In this document: positions 1 to 9,522 of the stretch, piece by piece
How positions within the stretch are numbered: the first letter of the stretch is position 1
How the letters are laid out: every line of letters begins with the position of its first letter
Origin: a virus
Lineage: Duplodnaviria > Caudoviricetes
Reading direction: 5' to 3' (one strand)
DNA length: 45,261 nt
Virus record (IMG/VR): IMGVR_UViG_3300032269_000993
Location: 1 to 45,261 of that record
Program-made: the position numbers and the translations under genes
The notes under the pieces: model-generated
What the model was told of the DNA's origin: nothing
The model's database searches: none
Seen by the model: the letters and a program-made list of their open reading frames with translations, nothing else

Positions 1-123
1 ACATTGTTTAACTGTGTGGTACAAAGGGAGCTTATGGCACCCCATGACTGAGTCTGTGCGTTCCAAGTTGTACAGTCTTCTAAGTAGATTAAGGCACCGC
101 TCACCAATGTAGCCGTTGAAGCA
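1..123. repeat. Terminal direct repeat, left copy (circular assembly overlap)
   Basis: ACATTGTTTAACTG...CCGTTGAAGCA is identical to 45139-45261 and lies inside a continuous reading frame. Confidence 0.97.
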
Positions 124-2435
124 ATGTTGACAGTGGAACGACCATAAACTAGGACTTGACCCGCGGTGTGACTCATTACAAACACGGCGTCGCAGTCAAT
201 AAAAGTCACTGGAACATTTTTAGTTAAGTAAAGGTATATGGCACCACGGCAATTGCGGAAAGTATATGCCTCATTGGTTCCCACAGAGCCGCCGATGTTA
301 ACAGCGGTAGTGAAGTCACAGTTATCAAACTCGTGCCAGTTTTGTATAGCTGCGGTAATGTTAAGGCTTGGACTCGTTGTATATGGTATAAAGGACACGT
401 TTTTGAAGTAGTTGCGTCCGAGATTTCCAGAGTTACATAGATAAGGTATGGGGTTTGCAGCGTTACCAGTTAACGCAATATCCTTGAGCTTTAACCTAGT
501 TCTACCAGAAGGTGCCGTGATTGACCCTGTTATGTTGCAAACTTGGCTACCATCGGCAGCAAAGCCCTCGATTTGTTGGTTGTCTTGGGACTGTGTAAAT
601 GCACCTGTGGCACCATAGCCACCAAGACACTTAATTACCCCAGCTCCCGTTGTATTTGCAAGCGCAGTGGACAATGTAGCATAGGGTACAAGGTAACCAT
701 TGCCCAGTGTATCAGAACCAAAGTTTGCTACTTGAACGTAGCCTTGCGTTGAAACCATTGCCGCTGCGAGCTTGTCACTGGCAATCGAAGTTTCCTCAGG
801 TTTCTTAGTACCTGAGTTTGTACCCATGATACGGTTACCCGTAGCATATGGTGCAAGCTGTGTTGTTCCTATTCCGCTTGGTGTCACTGATAATGTGTTA
901 CCTGTTAAAGTAATCGAAGTACCATCGGCAACAAGGTTCTGGATAATGAAGTAAACTGTGTAATCCGCCACATTGGTACCAAAGATAGCCGTTGTGTTAG
1001 CACCGTTCAAAGCTATTCGGTAGAAATAGTTTGCAAAGGTACCGTAGAGTACACCGAAGACGAAACCATTGCCATCAACGCCAGCGGCGCAGTCGGTGGA
1101 GCGTAGAATACCGCCACCAGCTTGAACAACGTAGACACCGTTCTCCACAGGTGTATTGTTGTTAATCAATGCTAATCTGTCACCAACTGCCAAAGTTCTA
1201 CCATTGATTGTCTGGCCAATGTAACTAGTTGCATTGACGCTTTGGTTCGTAGTTGCTACTGTGGCCACTGATTTTATATTAACTCGTGACAAGGAAACAT
1301 AGTTTTGAACTTGTCCCCACGTCGGAGCCTGGCTTGACAATGTGGCCGCTGCACCAAGACTAACGATGGCCGCTGTTACATTGTTTGCTGAGAAATTACC
1401 AGAGCTGTCACGCTTAACAATGGTACTATTTGTATTCGCTGACGTAGCTGCCAGAGTGTCATTGACACTTGTTGCAACTTGAGCCGCAGTCTTTCCTCCG
1501 ACGCTTGCCACGGTTGCGGATACAAGTCCACTTGCCCCTGATGGCGTGGTCACGTCGCTTTGCAACTGCGTTATTGGTGCAGCTAAGGAGCTTAATGAGG
1601 TTAACAGTGTGCCATAGTTAACAGCATCCTTTGACCCTGCTGCTAGGTTTGTTGGGTTCTTTACAAGAACATTGTAGTTAGAGGAATCTAAGGAACCTGT
1701 TAACGTAGACCCACTTAAATTTGTAAACGTAGCATTCTGAGCAACCACGGAAGTAGCACCAAGACCTACAAAGGCAGCAGAGCCGCCAGCACTTCGCATA
1801 ACTAAGGTATTAGGTGTCGCATTGTTAGTGGCAGCGAGCACAGCGGTCGACGCATTAGCTACGTCAGCGGCAAGAGCGCCACCAACGCTGTTAACTATGG
1901 ACGTTGCAACACCGCTTATTGGGGGTAATGATGTGACGTCACCGTTTAATACGAAGGAACCACCTGGGCTTACATGTGCGTCAACGTATTGCTTTGTTGC
2001 TGCACCTAGGGCATTGGTTGGGTCTGCATTGAGAATTAAGTTACCTGTCATTGTGCCACCAGATAACTTTAGAAACTCTTGAGAGCTTAGCCTTGTAATT
2101 TGTAGCTGGTCATAAAAAGTCGGGTCATTGATACTCATTATCCAATGCGTATATGTAACATCGGCTTCAATGTTGTATGTGTAGAACGTAGCACCGTTGA
2201 AAGTGTATCTCAATGTAACCGTGTTACTTGATGAGTCGGTTCTACGGAACATTAGAGAACCAGATTGCAATAGATTAGCTGGCGTTGGTATTGGTGGCAA
2301 TGTTATTACAATGTTCCCTGAACTTGCGTCGATATCGTAGAAAGTACGATTCCATTGGTCTAATGTGACATCTGCAAGTATTGGATTAGGTGCATAGTAC
2401 ATCGATAAATTGTTAACAACTGATAGATATGCCAT
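1..2435 (-). CDS. Large tail fibre/adhesin, 5' part (continues across the circular join into 45138-43317; ~1418 aa total)
   Basis: ATG at 2435 (MAYLSVVNNLSMYYAPNP...). The frame was open in all segments I translated and matches the frame of ORF 43317..45245. Contains the fibre motifs LKLSGGTMTGNL and AATKQYVD and a beta-helix-like start YVQVANFGSDTLGNG...PYATLSTAL. Absent from the ORF track because it runs off the edge. Confidence 0.85.
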   Translation of the reverse strand, partial: MAYLSVVNNLSMYYAPNPILADVTLDQWNRTFYDIDASSGNIVITLPPIPTPANLLQSGSLMFRRTDSSSNTVTLRYTFNGATFYTYNIEADVTYTHWIMSINDPTFYDQLQITRLSSQEFLKLSGGTMTGNLILNADPTNALGAATKQYVDAHVSPGGSFVLNGDVTSLPPISGVATSIVNSVGGALAADVANASTAVLAATNNATPNTLVMRSAGGSAAFVGLGATSVVAQNATFTNLSGSTLTGSLDSSNYNVLVKNPTNLAAGSKDAVNYGTLLTSLSSLAAPITQLQSDVTTPSGASGLVSATVASVGGKTAAQVATSVNDTLAATSANTNSTIVKRDSSGNFSANNVTAAIVSLGAAATLSSQAPTWGQVQNYVSLSRVNIKSVATVATTNQSVNATSYIGQTINGRTLAVGDRLALINNNTPVENGVYVVQAGGGILRSTDCAAGVDGNGFVFGVLYGTFANYFYRIALNGANTTAIFGTNVADYTVYFIIQNLVADGTSITLTGNTLSVTPSGIGTTQLAPYATGNRIMGTNSGTKKPEETSIASDKLAAAMVSTQGYVQVANFGSDTLGNGYLVPYATLSTALANTTGAGVIKCLGGYGATGAFTQSQDNQQIEGFAADGSQVCNITGSITAPSGRTRLKLKDIALTGNAANPIPYLCNSGNLGRNYFKNVSFIPYTTSPSLNITAAIQNWHEFDNCDFTTAVNIGGSVGTNEAYTFRNCRGAIYLYLTKNVPVTFIDCDAVFVMSHTAGQVLVYGRSTVNIASTATLVSGALIYLEDCTTWNAQTQSWGAISSLCTTQLNN

Positions 2436-2442
2436 ATTGTTT

Positions 2443-3513
2443 TTATCCTATTAGCCAAAATGAATTAGTGAGGGAAATAATACCAGTTAAATATATATTA
2501 TCACCGTTTTTTTGTAGCGTGGTTGACGTTGTCCCATCTCCAAAAGTGTCCCCTGATGTGCAAGAAACCGTTAACACACCCGACGGAGCTAATTTAAATA
2601 TTTGATATATTTTCAATAGATTTGCGGTAGAGGGGTTTAATAACGAAGATAACTTAGGTAACGTTAAAGTTCTATTAACACCAGATACTAAGTTACAAAT
2701 TATTATGGCGTCTGTGGGGAATGCTGTGTAATCTTGGTCTAATATCTCAATAAATTTTTCATAGTCATTTGTTAGTAAAGGATTCTGACCCTCTACATAT
2801 AAAGCGACGTTTATTCTGTCATACCCTGCAATAGCTGGGGCAGATTGACCAGAGTTTTGGTTATAGAATATGTATATATCCCTAGAATAAGTACCTTCTT
2901 CGACTGGAACTAAGTAGCCGTTAACATTGCAGCCTAGCGCAAAGTCATCTCGTCTTGCAAGCCCACCGCCATTTTGTACTACGTAAACAGCACTTTCCAC
3001 GTTGTTAGTCTGTGACCCTGCAAGAATCGAATCACCAGCTGACAAAGTCCAGCCACCAACATTTAGCCCTATGTAATTGGTAGCATTGACGTCTATGTTA
3101 GTTACTGCCGAAGTAGTAGCCGAGAATCTAGCTACTCTAGTTTGATTTAATACATTGGCACTACTTTGCTGAAAATAGAACGTATTTGAACCAGAGTCGC
3201 CATCGTAAACCGATGTAAATTGGTGAACTACGTCAGTACCCACAGGTAACTTTATATTCTGCATTACTCCGTTTATCACTGCCACAACGGTTACTGTGTT
3301 AGCCGCTACGGTGTCTAGTCTTCGTAGGAATATGGAACCCATCTCTAAGGTATTTGACCTTAATGAATTCGGTGGCAATGTAATCGTTATGTTCCCTGAT
3401 GTGGCAATCACATCAAAAAGTTGTCTACGCCAATAGCCAATTGTTGTATTACTCGATATGGCGTTAGGTTGGTAATCGTAGGATAAGTTTTCCGTTATTG
3501 GGTTGTAGCTCAT
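2443..3513 (-). CDS. Tail fibre-related protein, paralog of the large fibre N-terminus
   Basis: Shares the SGNITITLPP...S(I/L)xxRRxD module and the (V/I)xATxYIG..TLxxGD..VYVVQxGGG domain with the 1-2435 product. Confidence 0.7.
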   Translation of the reverse strand: MSYNPITENLSYDYQPNAISSNTTIGYWRRQLFDVIATSGNITITLPPNSLRSNTLEMGSIFLRRLDTVAANTVTVVAVINGVMQNIKLPVGTDVVHQFTSVYDGDSGSNTFYFQQSSANVLNQTRVARFSATTSAVTNIDVNATNYIGLNVGGWTLSAGDSILAGSQTNNVESAVYVVQNGGGLARRDDFALGCNVNGYLVPVEEGTYSRDIYIFYNQNSGQSAPAIAGYDRINVALYVEGQNPLLTNDYEKFIEILDQDYTAFPTDAIIICNLVSGVNRTLTLPKLSSLLNPSTANLLKIYQIFKLAPSGVLTVSCTSGDTFGDGTTSTTLQKNGDNIYLTGIISLTNSFWLIG

Positions 3514-3515
3514 AG

Positions 3516-4142
3516 TTACCCCTTACTCCATAATGTACTTTGAAAGATTGCATACATAGAATAAACACCTTGAGCAGTGACAACCCATGACGTAGAACCA
3601 TCTAGGAATGTGTTACCTGCGGCAAGGTTAATTGTCACGCTGTTAGCTTGTGAACGTTTGACGAATCTAAATAACTGCGTTCTCCCAGCGGTATCAGGGC
3701 TAGATAGCGCAGCAATAGAAGGCATTGTTACAACGATATTCGCAGCCGTAGAGTCAAATTGAGCCGCCGATTGAGATATAGGGAAGTTGTAAGTAGCCGC
3801 AGTAATCGGCACACCTACAAATACACATTGTGTCGCTGTATCTACGTTGGCAATTTGTCTCCAAGTATTCGTCGCTAAACTAGGTTGTATATTGGCTCCC
3901 GTTGTGCGACAAAGCCAAACGCTGTTTGCATAGGTAACGTAACTTACTCCAGTTGTATACGTTGTGGTGCTGTTCCAAGGTGATATACCACCAGCGGCTA
4001 CAACGGCACTATCAACATAGTTCTTTGTTGCTAATCCCTGTGGTGCCGTAGGATTCGGTGCTGTCCATTGTCCTGTAATGTTAACATTGGCGGTAGGGTC
4101 TGCGTCTCCACCACCTAAGAATGCGAAGTTACTGTAAGCCAT
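3516..4142 (-). CDS. Tail fibre-related protein with short carbohydrate-binding-like (WNSTTTY..YVTY..VWLC) motif
   Basis: ATKNYVD fibre motif, CBM5/12-like aromatic pattern and the shared repeat module. Confidence 0.6.
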   Translation of the reverse strand: MAYSNFAFLGGGDADPTANVNITGQWTAPNPTAPQGLATKNYVDSAVVAAGGISPWNSTTTYTTGVSYVTYANSVWLCRTTGANIQPSLATNTWRQIANVDTATQCVFVGVPITAATYNFPISQSAAQFDSTAANIVVTMPSIAALSSPDTAGRTQLFRFVKRSQANSVTINLAAGNTFLDGSTSWVVTAQGVYSMYAIFQSTLWSKG

Positions 4143-4157
4143 TGTTTTTGTCCTTTC

Positions 4158-4544
4158 TTAGTATATGATGAGTCCTTGAATATCCATGTTACCGTTGGCG
4201 CCGCCAGTCTTTGTGAACCTAACTGCTAAGTACTTTGTGGTTACACGGAAACCGCTGTCGACTGTTTGCTTTGTGGTGTTTCCTGCGAATTTTCCAGCGG
4301 TAACAGGATAAGTAAACGCTGGTGACGTTACGAACGTTGAAACCGTTGGGTCATCATTGGATAAAAAAATATCCGCCGATCCTGCTGCGTCCGTAGATGT
4401 AAGGTTTACATCGAGAGACCATGATAGCGGCATATCATAGATTAATAACCCATCGTTTTGCACTGTCTGGGAACCTGCGAGTTTATAGACAAACAACGTA
4501 GGCGTTGCTACTAGAATGCTTCCTTGAAATTCTTTAGCTCTCAT
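4158..4544 (-). CDS. Hypothetical beta-rich virion protein
   Basis: AGGAG RBS; position in the fibre cluster. Confidence 0.55.
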   Translation of the reverse strand: MRAKEFQGSILVATPTLFVYKLAGSQTVQNDGLLIYDMPLSWSLDVNLTSTDAAGSADIFLSNDDPTVSTFVTSPAFTYPVTAGKFAGNTTKQTVDSGFRVTTKYLAVRFTKTGGANGNMDIQGLIIY

Positions 4545-4594
4545 GGAATCTCCTTGAGTTATTATGTTACTAAATTAAAACTAAACTACAATAC

Positions 4595-5455
4595 TTAAAA
4601 TTGGGTTGTCACAGTTACTTCGGATATTCGTCCTATCCTGATATAATTTGCCACATCGGTAACAGTGGTCTGCGCTTTATTATTGCATTGGACTTTGATA
4701 TCATCAACAACAAATTCCAATGTATCACCTGCGTTCATATTTCTTACAAATTCCGTAGTTATCGATGTGAATCTAAGGTTGTCTACAGGTGAGACACCAT
4801 ATCTTTGGTTTCTATATTGTTGACTGTATCTCAAACTTTGTGCGTATGCCATTATACATGAATTTGCATTCTTATACGTGGGGTTATTTGCGGTGTTTAC
4901 TACGTGCTTTGTATACAAGTTAAAAATAGTCCAAACACCGTAAATATCGTAAGCTGAGAAATCATAATTACTCATGTCTAATGTTAACCTAACGTTAAAC
5001 TTAAATATATTACTATTTGCTACGGTAAAAACACCTGTTGCGCTGTTCAGTGTTATCCCCGCTGCGGTGGAAAACTGCGTGTTGTCAGAATAAGCCTGGA
5101 TTGTGGTTCCGTTAGTATAGTTAATAACGTTTAACGGGTTATTCATAACTCCCCGAAGATACGCAGTTGACCCAGAACTTGGGAACGTGGGGGCACCGCC
5201 AGACGTCGGAAACAGGAGGTTATAGATAAACGTTGAGTATGTATCAAAATATTGGAACCATACTCCAGTGTTGTAGGCTTCATTGTTAACCCAGTCCATT
5301 CTAGGTATCTCACCGCCACCTGTAGTTGGGTCATAGATCCAACCTATCTGCCTCTTAGCATTACTAGGAGAAGCTTTGACAGCCGATGGTGACGTTGCCC
5401 ACGTTGGAAACGTTGTAGACGTTGGTTTCGTTGGAAATGTATCTTTTACTGCCAT
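4595..5455 (-). CDS. Tail fibre/receptor-binding protein paralog 3 (baseplate-anchor N-terminus, C1q-like C-terminus)
   Basis: PTWAT...KRQIGW...GEIPRMDWVNNEAYNTGVWFQYF N-terminus shared with the two upstream genes. Confidence 0.7.
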   Translation of the reverse strand: MAVKDTFPTKPTSTTFPTWATSPSAVKASPSNAKRQIGWIYDPTTGGGEIPRMDWVNNEAYNTGVWFQYFDTYSTFIYNLLFPTSGGAPTFPSSGSTAYLRGVMNNPLNVINYTNGTTIQAYSDNTQFSTAAGITLNSATGVFTVANSNIFKFNVRLTLDMSNYDFSAYDIYGVWTIFNLYTKHVVNTANNPTYKNANSCIMAYAQSLRYSQQYRNQRYGVSPVDNLRFTSITTEFVRNMNAGDTLEFVVDDIKVQCNNKAQTTVTDVANYIRIGRISEVTVTTQF

Positions 5456-5456
5456 A

Positions 5457-6329
5457 TTACACCAAGTTCCAGTATATGTTACAGGTTACAGGGGAAGAAT
5501 TTGACCCATAACTAATGGGGCAAAGACTCAGATCCGCAGGTGTCACTCGATTATTGTAATCAGTGAACCCATAGTTTACATTGTTTATCGAAATAGTTAA
5601 AACGTCACCTGATAAACAGTAAACTACATCCTGAAACTTAACTTGCCTTAGTGGATTACGATACTGTGAAGTATCATTATTCACATTTATATCCCAGTCA
5701 ACTTGCCCTTGTGATTGTATCCCAGATACCTTGACACCATTTTTAAACAATGAAACATTTATGTTATTACTTCCACCACCGACACCATTTCGTGCCCCAG
5801 GTGGGTACTGCCCACTCGGCCAGACTACCTTGTAGTATAACCTATTGTTCGTAGTCACGTTAAGAGCACCTTGAATGTTCACTTCATAGTACCCATCGGC
5901 TGGGCAAGTAAATTGTCCCGTAGTGGTATTGTAGGGATTCGTAGTTATTGTCGAGGGGTACCTTGATAAAGCGACGGTATCCATGACCATAGTGTTCTCT
6001 GAGTTAGGTGATACTATAGATTTTACTCCGGAGCTTATAAGACTTACAAAGCTTGAAAAATACGAATCCCCTGATTGCGCTGTGTTGAAGAAAGCATTTA
6101 TATACAATGCAACATTGTTAAAATACTGGCACCATTGACCCACTAGGTTCTTGTTAAAGTTTTCATATTGATATGGGAAACGCTCTCCCATCTTTGTAGA
6201 TGACGCATTGGCATATTCTATCCCAACGTTCCTTTTAGCGTCACCTGGGTCTTTTTTATCTGTGTTTCCTGTGGTCACAGCCCAATCAGGTAAATCGTTA
6301 GTCGGTGCCGCAGGTGGTGAAAAAGCCAT
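5457..6329 (-). CDS. Tail fibre/receptor-binding protein paralog 2
   Basis: PDWAV..KKDPGDAKR..GERFPYQYENF..GQWCQYF; C1q-like GQFTCPADGYYEV. Confidence 0.7.
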   Translation of the reverse strand: MAFSPPAAPTNDLPDWAVTTGNTDKKDPGDAKRNVGIEYANASSTKMGERFPYQYENFNKNLVGQWCQYFNNVALYINAFFNTAQSGDSYFSSFVSLISSGVKSIVSPNSENTMVMDTVALSRYPSTITTNPYNTTTGQFTCPADGYYEVNIQGALNVTTNNRLYYKVVWPSGQYPPGARNGVGGGSNNINVSLFKNGVKVSGIQSQGQVDWDINVNNDTSQYRNPLRQVKFQDVVYCLSGDVLTISINNVNYGFTDYNNRVTPADLSLCPISYGSNSSPVTCNIYWNLV

Positions 6330-6347
6330 AGTATTATTGTCTCCTTG

Positions 6348-7166
6348 TTATGAACCCGTCACATATTGATACTTGTCCCAGATTACGATTAAACTAGAGT
6401 TATTTGCTAATATTGTAGCTGTTTGGTTAAACACTTGTAATATAGGTGTTTCATAGTTTCTATTTACCCCGTTTGTTGCGTAGAATCTCACTGAATCACC
6501 CCTCATAAGACTAACAGTAGTACTAAAAACATGGTTGTGGTAGCAAACCCCAGCGGTAGTATCCGATAAAGGGTCAGGTACCCAAGATACAGTCGAACCC
6601 GTAGAAAACGCTGTTTCTCTGCTTATTGCTGGTGCGTTAACTCCAAAGGATAAGTTTTTTACTAGATAGACGTTGGTAACTGGCCTCTGAATATCACTGG
6701 TTCCTTGATTGTTTATTTTGATATTTATATTGCCCTTAAATGTGTAAACACCTGATATAGGAGCGATGAAATCCGTACCATCAAATACATTTAAGTTTGA
6801 GGAATTTATAACTGTGGTACTCATTCTAATCAATGCACTTACCGTCGCTGAATTTAACAACGTTAAAAATGAGTCAGGGCTAGCCGGTACATTTTGGTCT
6901 AACGAAGGTGTCGCTTTCATTAGTGCAAAGCTAAAATAACCAATGTTTAAAAGGTTCCCTAGGAAACTATTTACTGAGGCGAAGTAGGTTGCCCAGATAC
7001 CTGTGTTATATGCTTCATTGTTAACCCACTCCATTGTTGGGTATTCACCGAATCCAGTTGTGGTATTGTAAGCCCAGCCTGCGGCACGCTTTGTCGCTCC
7101 TGGGTCTATCTTTGCCCCGTTGGTTGCCCAGACGGGTAGTATGCTTGGTGCTACTGGGAAAGCCAT
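6348..7166 (-). CDS. Tail fibre/receptor-binding protein paralog 1 (start moved to ATG 7166)
   Basis: MAFPVAPSILPVWAT start matches the paralogs and has an AAAGGA RBS; C1q-like FIAPISGVYTF; follows the baseplate wedge genes. Confidence 0.7.
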   Translation of the reverse strand: MAFPVAPSILPVWATNGAKIDPGATKRAAGWAYNTTTGFGEYPTMEWVNNEAYNTGIWATYFASVNSFLGNLLNIGYFSFALMKATPSLDQNVPASPDSFLTLLNSATVSALIRMSTTVINSSNLNVFDGTDFIAPISGVYTFKGNINIKINNQGTSDIQRPVTNVYLVKNLSFGVNAPAISRETAFSTGSTVSWVPDPLSDTTAGVCYHNHVFSTTVSLMRGDSVRFYATNGVNRNYETPILQVFNQTATILANNSSLIVIWDKYQYVTGS

Positions 7167-7182
7167 AGTTACTCTGTCCTTT

Positions 7183-7857
7183 CTAGGTAGTCGTTGTCTT
7201 GTAGAAACCACCAGCAACGGGGTTGTTTCGTGGGTCTAGGTAAGACAATCCAGCACCGTCCGCACTGACGCTTTGGTCTGGTTTTCCTAACTGATAATAC
7301 TTGATAACGGAAGAATTTACAGTAAGTTGAATACCTATAGCCTTAAGTTTAAATAGGTCATAGACAAACTGAGTATACGCTGGAGTCGTAGGGTCTAGGG
7401 CAATGGTTACGTTGAGTGACGCATTACCAGACTCTTGGAACAATGCATTTGTAAACTGAGAGCCGTAACCATTGGCTACGTAGTAATTGTAAAAATCCCT
7501 TATTGTACCGCGTGACGTCACAAATACGATTCTGTTAGCAATGGCACTACGTAGCGTAGAATCGGAGGCCGTAGACGAATATGTTTGTGTCAAGTAGTTA
7601 GCCATGATTTTTAAATAGTCACCAGAGGAACCCGAAGGTATCGTAGTACTATTCACACTGTTATAGTTTACTGCGTTTACAAGGGAGCGAATAATATCAT
7701 AGTATTGCTGTTTCTGTGTAGCTATGGCTGTCATTATTCCCATGAAACTAGGCATATTTTGGTACACGCTGGGTAACTGAGTTTTCAAATCTGCTATGAA
7801 ATCCTTTGCAGGTAATTGTGTCAAAGCACCTGCGGGGAATTGCTGTGGTGTTATCAT
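7183..7857 (-). CDS. Baseplate wedge protein (DUF2612-like)
   Basis: Directly after baseplate J; GDYLKIMA / DSTLRSAIANRI / SRGTI pattern. Confidence 0.6.
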   Translation of the reverse strand: MITPQQFPAGALTQLPAKDFIADLKTQLPSVYQNMPSFMGIMTAIATQKQQYYDIIRSLVNAVNYNSVNSTTIPSGSSGDYLKIMANYLTQTYSSTASDSTLRSAIANRIVFVTSRGTIRDFYNYYVANGYGSQFTNALFQESGNASLNVTIALDPTTPAYTQFVYDLFKLKAIGIQLTVNSSVIKYYQLGKPDQSVSADGAGLSYLDPRNNPVAGGFYKTTTT

Positions 7858-9161
7858 AGTATGTCCTTGTTTATCGCAGTAAAAGCAAAGTCTGCGTCTG
7901 CTAGATTATATGTAAACCCTATTTCACGTCTTAAGTAAACTAAGTCAGTTCTACCGCCAGCCCCGTAGGTAATAAAGTTAAAGGATCTGAGGTCGACGAC
8001 ACCAAGATACGTAGCTTGGATAAGCGTAGTTAACTCAGTAATAGTGTACATTAAATCCGTAGGTAACGTCTTTGACCTGAAGTAATTGTTCACAAGGGCT
8101 AACACAGACGCTTTTAATCCAGGTAACGTATTTAGTGGAAACACTTGGCCGTTGTAACCTGCGTCATTAGGGTTAACATTGTAGATGAAATCAAGTTTAA
8201 CACCAACACGGCGTAACTGAATTGGGTTTAATGTTACAACACCAGTGTAACCGCCGTACGGTGTTTGCACTGTAAAATCAGTAGCTCCAATGTTAGTACC
8301 TTGTCCATAGGTATTTGTCCCTGCTGGGTGGTAGTTATACACTGTTTGAGCAATGGATTGAAGATTCAGGTCATTGATATCAAAGTTATTACCAGCGGCT
8401 CCATTGGTTGGGTATTCTAGGTAAACTGTGCAACCTCGCTGGTTAGGTGATGTGTTAATTGTTTCAGCGACAAAGACGGAACGAAGTGCTGCAATGTTTA
8501 AGTTAAGTATTGACTTCTCAAGACCATAGTAAGTTTGTCCTGATACGTTGAGGTAGTATTTACGTCTCGCTGCAAACTGTGAGTCACTTTCCCTTGCGGT
8601 TCCTAGTGACGTTGCTGCCGAGTTAGTAACGTTAGTAACATAGCCACCAAGGCTACTAGCGATGTTCAAGGCACCTGCGGCTACTGAGTTAATAATATCC
8701 GTAGAATATACGATGATAGAATAAGTTCCGCTGGCATTATATGTGTAACTTTGATTCGGCGTGTACACTGGCGACGGTGTTATTGACGCAGTTGTCACAG
8801 CCCACGTAGCAGGAATTGTTAACGATGTAATCGTTGGAGTACCTCCACCAGGTGCTAAGTTAACTGTAAACGTAACCACAGCGGTACTTGGTATCAACCC
8901 CCTACGGTTAAGGTTTAGTATCGAGGAAGCCAAGATATCTAATCCTAGTCCGCTTGCTGTGTTTGCATTAAGTGAGTTCCAAAGAACTTGTAGAGCTTGT
9001 TGAATTTGATAATCAAATACCGCAGTAATCTGCGATATCACATATGCTGGGCTATCTGCGCTCGTTGCGTCACTGAACGTCGGTAAAAAGGCTGTTTGGT
9101 AATTAGTTTGTATTGTATTTAGCGAGTCTATGATTATACCGTAATTACTGTCAAATTGCAT
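7854..9161 (-). CDS. Baseplate J-like protein
   Basis: NTASGLGLD, VTNVTNSAA..GTARESDSQFAARR motifs typical of baseplate J. Confidence 0.85.
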   Translation of the reverse strand: MQFDSNYGIIIDSLNTIQTNYQTAFLPTFSDATSADSPAYVISQITAVFDYQIQQALQVLWNSLNANTASGLGLDILASSILNLNRRGLIPSTAVVTFTVNLAPGGGTPTITSLTIPATWAVTTASITPSPVYTPNQSYTYNASGTYSIIVYSTDIINSVAAGALNIASSLGGYVTNVTNSAATSLGTARESDSQFAARRKYYLNVSGQTYYGLEKSILNLNIAALRSVFVAETINTSPNQRGCTVYLEYPTNGAAGNNFDINDLNLQSIAQTVYNYHPAGTNTYGQGTNIGATDFTVQTPYGGYTGVVTLNPIQLRRVGVKLDFIYNVNPNDAGYNGQVFPLNTLPGLKASVLALVNNYFRSKTLPTDLMYTITELTTLIQATYLGVVDLRSFNFITYGAGGRTDLVYLRREIGFTYNLADADFAFTAINKDIL

Positions 9162-9162
9162 G

Positions 9163-9522
9163 CTATAACCTCACCGTAATTGCCTGACCTATTTTTGTCT
9201 TAGCTGTTAACGTTGTTGAATAGTACCGTGTAGCAGGAGAAAAAGCACTATCAACTACTTCAACCGTAGATACATTGTTTACCTTAAGAGCTTCGTCGGC
9301 ATAGATTTGACTTACGATATCTGGGTTATCGGCGTTACTTACAACTAGCTCCATAGGTATCCCAAAGTCGGGGTCTGCTTTCCATTCATCCTTGAGTGTA
9401 GATAGCCTTATTTGTAACTTAGATTGAACTATATTTGCGTCGCTGGTTTCATAGGAGTTCAATACATCGAAGTAAGTAGACCCATCGATATTTGTTTTTG
9501 TTACTACTTTTAACTCTGTCAT
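9163..9522 (-). CDS. Baseplate gp25/W-like wedge protein
   Basis: Q.LQIRL..LKDEW..DPDFGIP motif; synteny. Confidence 0.7.
   Translation of the reverse strand: MTELKVVTKTNIDGSTYFDVLNSYETSDANIVQSKLQIRLSTLKDEWKADPDFGIPMELVVSNADNPDIVSQIYADEALKVNNVSTVEVVDSAFSPATRYYSTTLTAKTKIGQAITVRL

Noticed and set aside
1-123. Biological terminal repeats
   Set aside because: The repeat falls mid-gene and is short and exact, which fits a circular assembly overlap; true ends cannot be inferred
4595-7166. Diversity-generating retroelement or invertible fibre cassette
   Set aside because: No reverse transcriptase or invertase, no adenine-specific TR/VR pair noticed, and shared sequence is at the 5' ends
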